From NCBI GenBank assembly GCA_036788295.1, contig DAIQNR010000139.1:1-12929 (forward strand): a stretch of 12,929 nucleotides of DNA, given 5' to 3'. Position numbers and translations under genes: made by a program. This DNA is from Myxococcota bacterium. Lineage in GTDB: Bacteria > Myxococcota > Kuafuiibacteriia > Kuafuiibacteriales > Kuafuiibacteriaceae. Below the pieces are notes generated by a model. The model ran no database searches, was not told where the DNA came from, and saw only the letters and a list, made by a program, of their open reading frames with translations. Positions 1 through 6,500 of this stretch are shown one piece after another; the first letter of the stretch is position 1; each line of letters begins with the position of its first letter.

Positions 1-1418
1 CGGCGGGTGCGGAGGCGGTATTCGATGGTGGAGCCGGGCCAGAGGGTCGCGTTTCGGCCGTCGGGGCCGCGGTACCAGCTCGTGCAGCCGCCGGTGTTCC
101 ATACCGTCCGGTCGAGCCTGCGCTGGATGGTTTGGTCGTAGGCTCGGGCGACGTCTTCCTCGACTTCGACCCGCTCGAGCCGGCCGGACCGGACCTCCTC
201 GATGAGCGAGAGCACGTAGCCGATCTGGGCTTCGGCCATGAGGAGCACGGACGTGTGCCCGAGCCCGGTGTTCGGTCCGAGCAAAAGATAGAAGTTCGGA
301 AAGCCGGGCACCGTGATCCCGAGGTGGGCGAGCGGTGCGCCAGCCCAGGCCTCTTGTAGGCTCCTGCCGTCTCGGCCTCGAACCTCGAGCGGAAAGAGAA
401 ACTGGGTGACGTCGAATCCGGTGGCAAAGACGAGCGTGTCCGCCGGGCGCTCGACGCCGCCCGCCACCACGCCTCCGGGGACGATGCCCGTGATGGGCTC
501 ATCGACGAGCTCGACGTGGGTCTCGGCGAGCGCCGGGTAGTAGGTGTCGGACAGCAAGATCCGCTTGCAGCCGATTCGATAGTTTGGGGTGAGGCGAGCC
601 CGGAGGCTTTTGTCCTTCACCTGCCGGCGGAGGTGGGCCCGCGCGCGTCGCTCGGCCATCCACCGAAGCGCCGGCGCCGCATACAGAGCGGTCCCCAGAA
701 GCTCGTTTCTCGCGTCGAGAACCACCCGGTGAAAGGCGCGAAGGCACGGGATGCGGCGAAACAGGGTTCTTCGGCGCTCGCCGTAGGGGGCATCGCCGCG
801 GGGAAGGACCCACGGTGGCGTCCGCTGAAAGACGAGCAGCCTCGATGCCGTCCTCGCGAGCTCGGGGATGACTTGAATGGCGCTGGCGCCGGTCCCGATG
901 ACCGCCACGGTGCCGTCGAGCGGGACTTCGCTTCTCCACCGGGCGGTGTGCATGACTTCGCCGGCGAAGGACTCGAGGCCCGGGATGTTCGGCCACTGCG
1001 GGATCCGGAGCGGCCCGGTAGCGGCCACCACATGTCTCGCCGTGAAGGCCCCGCCGCTCGTCTCGAGCCGCCAACCATCGCCTTCCCACGACAGCTTCTC
1101 TACGGTGGTCCCGAGACGGAGGTACTCGGTGATCCCCCTGCGCTTCACCATCGCCTCGAGGTAGGCGAGGATCTCGGGCTGGCGGGCGTAGCGGTGCGAC
1201 CAATCCGGGTTTGGCTCGAAGGACAAGGAGTAGAGGTGGCTCTCGACGTCGCAGGCGCACCCCGGGTACGTGTTCGCGAGCCAGGTGCCGCCTACCCGCC
1301 TCTCCGCTTCGAACACGGCAAAGCGCTTCTCACCGCGCTCGAGGAGCCTCGCCGCCATGGCGAGTCCCGCGAAGCCAGCGCCGATCACCGCGACCTCGAG
1401 CCGGTTCTCGTCCGCCAC
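1..1418 (-). CDS. Flavin-dependent monooxygenase (Baeyer-Villiger/FMO family), partial. The 3' end lies beyond the window start; the start is probably GTG at 1416-1418.
   Basis: Reverse-strand translation reads MADENRLEVAVIGAGFAGLAMAARLLERGEKRFAVFEAERRVGGTWLANTYPGCACDVESHLYSLSFEPNP..., so there is an N-terminal GxGxxG FAD-binding fold. The BVMO fingerprint FxGxxxHxxxW appears as FAGEVMHTARW (around 937-969). A second dinucleotide-binding motif, VAVIGTGASAIQ, follows. GC3 is high throughout the frame, and the ORF is open to nt 1, which explains its absence from the complete-ORF track. An in-frame TAG lies 4 codons upstream of the GTG. Confidence 0.7.
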   Translation of the reverse strand, partial: MADENRLEVAVIGAGFAGLAMAARLLERGEKRFAVFEAERRVGGTWLANTYPGCACDVESHLYSLSFEPNPDWSHRYARQPEILAYLEAMVKRRGITEYLRLGTTVEKLSWEGDGWRLETSGGAFTARHVVAATGPLRIPQWPNIPGLESFAGEVMHTARWRSEVPLDGTVAVIGTGASAIQVIPELARTASRLLVFQRTPPWVLPRGDAPYGERRRTLFRRIPCLRAFHRVVLDARNELLGTALYAAPALRWMAERRARAHLRRQVKDKSLRARLTPNYRIGCKRILLSDTYYPALAETHVELVDEPITGIVPGGVVAGGVERPADTLVFATGFDVTQFLFPLEVRGRDGRSLQEAWAGAPLAHLGITVPGFPNFYLLLGPNTGLGHTSVLLMAEAQIGYVLSLIEEVRSGRLERVEVEEDVARAYDQTIQRRLDRTVWNTGGCTSWYRGPDGRNATLWPGSTIEYRLRTR

Positions 1419-1522
1419 CCTTGGAGGCTACCGTGTGCGCCTCCGCCCCGGTAAGGGCTCGCTCGGTCACCGACGCACGGCAGGGGTCTTCTGCTCTTCC
1501 AAGCCTTTCGGTCCATTTCTTT

Positions 1523-1552
1523 CGACGCGACGCAACCCGACGCGTCGCGTCG
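1523..1552. promoter_or_regulatory. Perfect 11-bp inverted repeat CGACGCGACGC / GCGTCGCGTCG, containing a nested GACGCGTC palindrome, in the divergent intergenic region between the monooxygenase and CoADR-RHD genes. Candidate operator or leader hairpin.
   Basis: Read directly from the sequence: the arms are cgacgcgacgc (1523-1533) and gcgtcgcgtcg (1542-1552), which are exact reverse complements, with an 8-bp spacer. The element lies 42 bp upstream of the ATG at 1594. It is not followed by a T-run, so it is unlikely to be a terminator. Confidence 0.4.
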
Positions 1553-1593
1553 CCGGGCCCGGACCCTCGGCCGCGGCGTTGGCTCCAACGGCC

Positions 1594-3252
1594 ATGGGCA
1601 AACGAATCCTCATCGTGGGCGGGGTGGCCGGCGGCGCATCGGCCGCCGCGCGGGCTCGGCGGCTCGACGAGTCGGCCGAGATCGTGATCTTCGACCGCGG
1701 ACCCCACGTCTCGTTCGCGAACTGCGGCCTCCCGTACTTCGTCGGGGACGTGATTCGGGACGAAGCGTCGCTGCTCGTCGCCACCCCCGAGCTGTTTCGG
1801 GACCGGTTTCGCATCGAGATCCACACCGAGACCGAGGCGGTGGCGATCGATCCGAAAGCCAAGACCATCGAGGTTCGCTCGGTGAAGACCGGCGAGCGGA
1901 GGACCGAACGCTACGACGCGCTCGTCTTGTCCCCCGGTGCCTCCGCCATCCGGCCCCCGGTGCCCGGGGCTGAGCTCCCCGGCATCTTCGTCGTCCGAAC
2001 CATTCCCGACAGCCAGCGCATTCGGAGCTGGCTCACCGACCGCGCCGCAAAGCACGCCGTGGTGGTCGGAGGGGGCTTCATCGGGCTCGAGATGGCCGAG
2101 AACCTCCACCACCGCGGCGTCTCGGTCGCGGTGGTGGAGATGGCGCCGCAGGTGATGCCGCCGCTCGACCCGGAGATGGCGAGCTTTCTTTCCCACCGGC
2201 TCACCGAGCGCGGGGTCGAGCTGCTGTTGGGGGACGCGGTCACCGGCTTTCGGTCTCTCCCTGGGGACCGGCTCGAAGTGTCGACCCGGGCCGGGGCGGC
2301 CATCGAGACCGATCTGGTCATCTTGGCCGTTGGAGTTCGGCCCGAGACCGAGCTCGCTCGGGCGGCGGGCCTCTCGCTTGGGGCCCGGGGCGGGATCGAG
2401 GTGGACGAGCGCATGCGCACCAGCGCCCCCGGGATTTGGGCGGTGGGCGATGCGGTCGAGGTGCGCGAGACGATCACCGGGATCGACATCGTGCTTCCGC
2501 TCGCCGGCCCGGCGAACCGCCAGGGGCGGGTGGCGGCGGCGGACATCTGTGGCCGTCCGGCCCGGTTTCGCGGGGTGCAGGGGACGTCCGTGGTGGGATG
2601 CTTCGGGCTGACCGCGGCGATGACCGGCTGCAGCGAGCGGGCGCTTCGCCGGGCGAACCTCACGAACTACGAGGTCGTCTACCTCCACCCCGGACACCAT
2701 GCCTCGTACTATCCGGGCGCCAAACCCATTCACATGAAGCTCATCTTCGAGGCGAAGAGCGGGAAGATCCTGGGGGCGCAGGCGGTCGGGGAAGAGGGGG
2801 TGGCCCGCCGGATCGACGTCATCAGCACCGCGATCCAGCTCGGCGGCACGGTGTTCGATCTCGAGGAAGCGGAGCTGTGTTATGCGCCCCAGTTCGGGGC
2901 GGCCAAGGACCCGGTCAATGTGGCCGGCATGATCGGCGCCAACGTGCTTCGGGGGGACCTTCCGCTCGCCGATGCCGCGTCCCTGCCCGAGGTGCCCCCC
3001 GGGGTCCTCGTGCTCGACGTGCGGCGCCCGGCCGAAGTGGAGCGAGGCGCGATCCCGGGCGCCATCAACATCCCCCTCGAGTCGCTGCGCGAGCGCGCCG
3101 AAGAGCTGCCGAGAGACGAAGACATCTGGGTGTATTGCCAGGTGGGACAGCGTGGCTATTTTGCCACCCGCCTGCTGGTGCAGCTCGGCTATCGGGCCCA
3201 AAACGTCTCCGGCGGCTTTGCCACCTTCCAGGCCCGCCAAAGTCAGTCGTAG
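1594..3252 (+). CDS. CoA-disulfide reductase / NADH oxidase-family flavoprotein with a C-terminal rhodanese domain (CoADR-RHD; persulfide/polysulfide reductase-like).
   Basis: Translation from ATG 1594: MGKRILIVGGVAGGASAAARA... (FAD GxGxxG). It carries the single redox-active Cys motif SFANCGLPY (Cys codon 1723-1725) typical of Nox/CoADR, and a second NAD(P)-binding motif VVVGGGFIGLEMAE. The C-terminal rhodanese catalytic loop is YCQVGQRG (Cys codon around 3136-3138). The track ORF 1270..3252 is in the same frame, but its first 108 codons are non-coding leader. Confidence 0.9.
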   Translation: MGKRILIVGGVAGGASAAARARRLDESAEIVIFDRGPHVSFANCGLPYFVGDVIRDEASLLVATPELFRDRFRIEIHTETEAVAIDPKAKTIEVRSVKTGERRTERYDALVLSPGASAIRPPVPGAELPGIFVVRTIPDSQRIRSWLTDRAAKHAVVVGGGFIGLEMAENLHHRGVSVAVVEMAPQVMPPLDPEMASFLSHRLTERGVELLLGDAVTGFRSLPGDRLEVSTRAGAAIETDLVILAVGVRPETELARAAGLSLGARGGIEVDERMRTSAPGIWAVGDAVEVRETITGIDIVLPLAGPANRQGRVAAADICGRPARFRGVQGTSVVGCFGLTAAMTGCSERALRRANLTNYEVVYLHPGHHASYYPGAKPIHMKLIFEAKSGKILGAQAVGEEGVARRIDVISTAIQLGGTVFDLEEAELCYAPQFGAAKDPVNVAGMIGANVLRGDLPLADAASLPEVPPGVLVLDVRRPAEVERGAIPGAINIPLESLRERAEELPRDEDIWVYCQVGQRGYFATRLLVQLGYRAQNVSGGFATFQARQSQS

Positions 3253-3256
3253 CGCC

Positions 3257-3511
3257 TCAACCCTCGAGCATCGGGGCGAGCTCACCGGAGCGGTCGAGCC
3301 CCGCGAGCTCGGTGTAGCCCCCGATCGATTGGTCCCCGATGAAGATCTGGGGCACGGTCCGCTGCCCGGTGGCCTGCTGAAGCCAGGTCCTCGTCTTCGT
3401 GTCCCCGTCGACGTCGATCTCTTCGAAGGGGATTCCCCGGTGCTTGAGCAGGGCCCGGGCCCGTTGGCAGTACGGGCACCACTGGGTGAGGTAGACCTTG
3501 ACCGGTTTCAT
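3257..3511 (-). CDS. grxC: Glutaredoxin (Grx3-like, CPYC active site).
   Basis: The 84-aa protein MKPVKVYLTQWCPYCQRARALLKHRGIPFEEIDVDGD...TVPQIFIGDQSIGGYTEL has the CPYC motif, the TVPQIF cis-Pro loop and GG-[D/E] glutathione-binding elements of classical dithiol glutaredoxins. It sits 31 nt downstream of the giant ATPase gene's stop, and its own stop is 4 bp from the convergent CoADR-RHD stop. Confidence 0.88.
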   Translation of the reverse strand: MKPVKVYLTQWCPYCQRARALLKHRGIPFEEIDVDGDTKTRTWLQQATGQRTVPQIFIGDQSIGGYTELAGLDRSGELAPMLEG

Positions 3512-3542
3512 GAACGAGACATACCGCGCGGGGCCCGGCCGT

Positions 3543-6500
3543 TCACCGGTTTTCTGGGGCTGGCTCGAGCGGGAAGAGCGGCGAGACCGGTCCGGCCAGC
3601 GCGTGAACGCGGAGCAAATCGAGCAGCTCGCCGAGCGCCGGCCACAGCCGGCGGGCCTCGTCGTGGCTGGTGGCCGCGGCCCGCGCGAGCGGCCCGAGCG
3701 CCGATTCGAGCCGGGCGAGCGGCGCGGCGAGCGCGTCGTCGAGCCCCAAAGGAGGCTCGCTCGTGACCGACACCGACAGCTTAGGCTCCGACAGCCTGCC
3801 GAGCGCCTGCTCGAGCCGCTCGAGCGCGAGGAGGACGGCGCCGTGCTGGTGGTCCGACGCCCCGTTGGTCGCCTTCTTCGCGGCCGCGCCGATGTCCGAT
3901 AGATGCTCGGTGACCCCGGCGAGGATCGAGGCGATGCGGGCGGCCGGGTCGTCGTCCGCCCCGCCCGCGACCTGGAGGCGGCGAAACTCCCGCTTCATCT
4001 CGCTCCACCGGGAGCTCTCCGCCTCCGACATCCGCCCCCTGAGCTCGGCGAGCTTGAGGAGGTTCGCCTCGGCGCCGGAGGTCAAGGTCTGCGACTCCCC
4101 TCGGTAGTGGTCGTCGATGAGCGACTCGAGCTCCGCATCGTTCATGGCTGGGACCACCTTCTCGGTGAGTTTGTTCATGTTCCGATAAGAACCCTGAAGC
4201 TTGAACGGCGGCTCGGTTCGAAATCTGTCGTCCTGGGAAGCGGAGGCGATGTATTGCTGGTTCACCTCCAGCAGGACCGCCTGCACCTTCGTGAGCCGGC
4301 GAAGGGTCTGCACCGCCTCTTCGGCCTCGACCGAGGACCAGTCCTGCTCGAAGTCGCTGTCCGCGACCTCGCGGCCCCGGGCCCGCTCGATGAAGCGGTG
4401 CAGGTCGGGCAGCGAGCGGGCCGCCATCGGGCCGAGCACCGGGCTCGAGGTGAGCGCGTTTTCGAGGTAGGACAACGCGAAGACCTCCTCCCGGCCGGCG
4501 AGGACGTCGCCGAGGTTGTAGGTGTCGGCGCGGTTTGCGAGCATGTCCGGGATCTGAAACTTGTCTCCAGTCTCCGTGTAGGGGTTGCCTGCCATCACCA
4601 CGCAGAACTTCTTGCCCCGAAGGTCATAGGTCTTCGTCCGGCCCTTCCAGACCCCTTCGACCCGGCGCTGCCCGTCGCACAAGGAGATGAACTTCTGGAG
4701 CAGCTCTGGGTTCGTGTGCTGGATGTCATCGAGGTACAGCATCACGTTGTTGCCCATCTCGAACGCGAGGTTCATCTTCTCCACCTCCTGCCTGGAGGTA
4801 GCGTTTGGTGCCTCGGCCGGGTCGAGCGAGCGCACCCCGTGGCCGAGCGCGGGCCCGTTCACCTTCATGAACACCATGCCCAGCCTGGCCGCGACGTACT
4901 CCATCAGCGTCGTCTTGCCGTAGCCGGGAGGGGAGACGACGAGCAGTAGGCCCATGAGATCGGTCCGCTTGGCGTCGCCGGCGGCGCCGAGCTGCTTCGC
5001 GAGGTTGTCGCCGATGAGCGGCAGGTAGACCTCGTCGATGAGGCGGTTTCGAACGAAGCTGCTCAGCACTTGGGGCACGGCCTCGCTGAGCCGCAGGCGG
5101 GCCTTCGCCGCCTCGAGCACCCGGTGCCGCGCGTGCTGAAACCGCCGAAAGCCAGGGACCCGCTCGGCATGAAACCGGTGAAGGCGCTCTTCGAACTCGT
5201 CGATCGATAGGTTCAGGCCGCCATCGATCCTCGGGTGAAGGCCGAGCAGACCCTCCACCCGGGCCTCGATGAGCGCGCTGCTCGTCTCTCGGTCGATGCG
5301 CCCGGCGAGCACGAGGCCGGCGGCTGCCTCCTCCGCCACCGGGCCAAACGCGAGCCCGAGCTCGGCCTCGTAGGCCTTCACCCAGGCAAACGCGAGGCGA
5401 AACGCAGCCGCTGGGTCGTCCTGCAGCGCGGACAGGTCGGCTTCGAGCGCCCTCCAGCTCCCGTCGTGGTGGAGCCGCTCGAGCAGCCCGGCCCGGAGCT
5501 TCTCCGCCGCTTCGCTCTCGACGAAATGGGGATGGGCGACCGCCAACTCTTCGGCCAGGTACCGGGCGCAGGTGCGGACCGACGCTCCGAACGGGGCGAC
5601 GAAATCGGCCATCGCGGCGGCGAGGTCGCCTTCGAGTCCGTCGTCGGCGGATTGGCCGAAGAACGTCTTCAGCCGCCCGAGGCTCTCGGCCCGGCGATGC
5701 AAGCGGGCCTTCGCTTCGTCGTCCCCGGGCTTCGCCCACCACAGCAGCGCCGCCGCTCGGGCGGTGGGAGGGTGGCGGAGCCGCCCGGCGGAGGAGGACA
5801 AGACGAGCAGCTTCTCCAATATTTGCGCAGCGTCGTGATCGTGAACCCCTCGCTCGTAGCCTTCGTCGTACCGGTCCTGGGCAAAACGCCGCACCGCGGC
5901 GGCGAGCGGAGCCCCCCGGGCGCCGAGCACCTCCCGGTCGATGTCCCCTCTTTCCGCCGCCTCCCGCACCGAAAAGGCGAGGTACTCCCCCCGGTAGACT
6001 TCTTTTGACTCCGATACGAGCGGTTCGGCGAAGAACGCGGACAAGGACAGCAGCTCGGGATCGTCCACCGCTTCGAAGAAGTCGGTGCCGGCGACGTGCA
6101 GCGCGAGCCCGTCCCCCCGCGGAACCATGGTGAGATCGAAGGGCTGGGTGTGGACGCGAAACCGGTGCCGCCCCAGGCGGATGAGCGCCGAGTCCCCGTC
6201 GAAGAGGTCCCGCTTGTCCCGGAGATTTCGAAGCGCGGTCTGCTTCGCGGTGAGCAGGCGGGCGCCGAGGTCTTCGGCCTTCACGCCGTCGTCGAGCTCG
6301 AGCAGGCGCTCCCGGATCCCAGACAGGCGGAGGATCATGGGATCGGAGGCGAAGTAGGCGTTGAGCCCGTCCTCGTCGGCGAAGCTGCGGGACCTGCGCT
6401 CGGCTCCATCGAGGATCCGGGCCCCCGCCTCGAACAAGTGGGCGGAGCGGCGCTGGCGCTCGTCGAGCAGCTGCTGCTTCCTGGCCCCGAAGGCCTCGCC

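Noticed and set aside
499-1454. Track ORFs 499..1260 (-) and 516..1454 (+) in the first 1.4 kb
   Set aside because: Both have Arg/Pro-rich translations. The real gene is the monooxygenase in a different minus-strand frame, which is absent from the track because it has no stop codon within the window.
1330-3317. 651-aa minus-strand ORF antisense to CoADR-RHD, plus the 2436..3317 and 2972..3766 + ORFs
   Set aside because: These are low-complexity RGR/PRR-rich translations overlapping the well-supported CoADR-RHD and glutaredoxin frames. They are shadow ORFs.
3512-3542. Possible independent promoter or terminator between the giant ATPase gene and the glutaredoxin gene
   Set aside because: The gap is only 31 nt, with no hairpin plus T-run and no recognisable -35/-10 element. 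Read-through co-transcription is more parsimonious, but this cannot be decided from the sequence alone.
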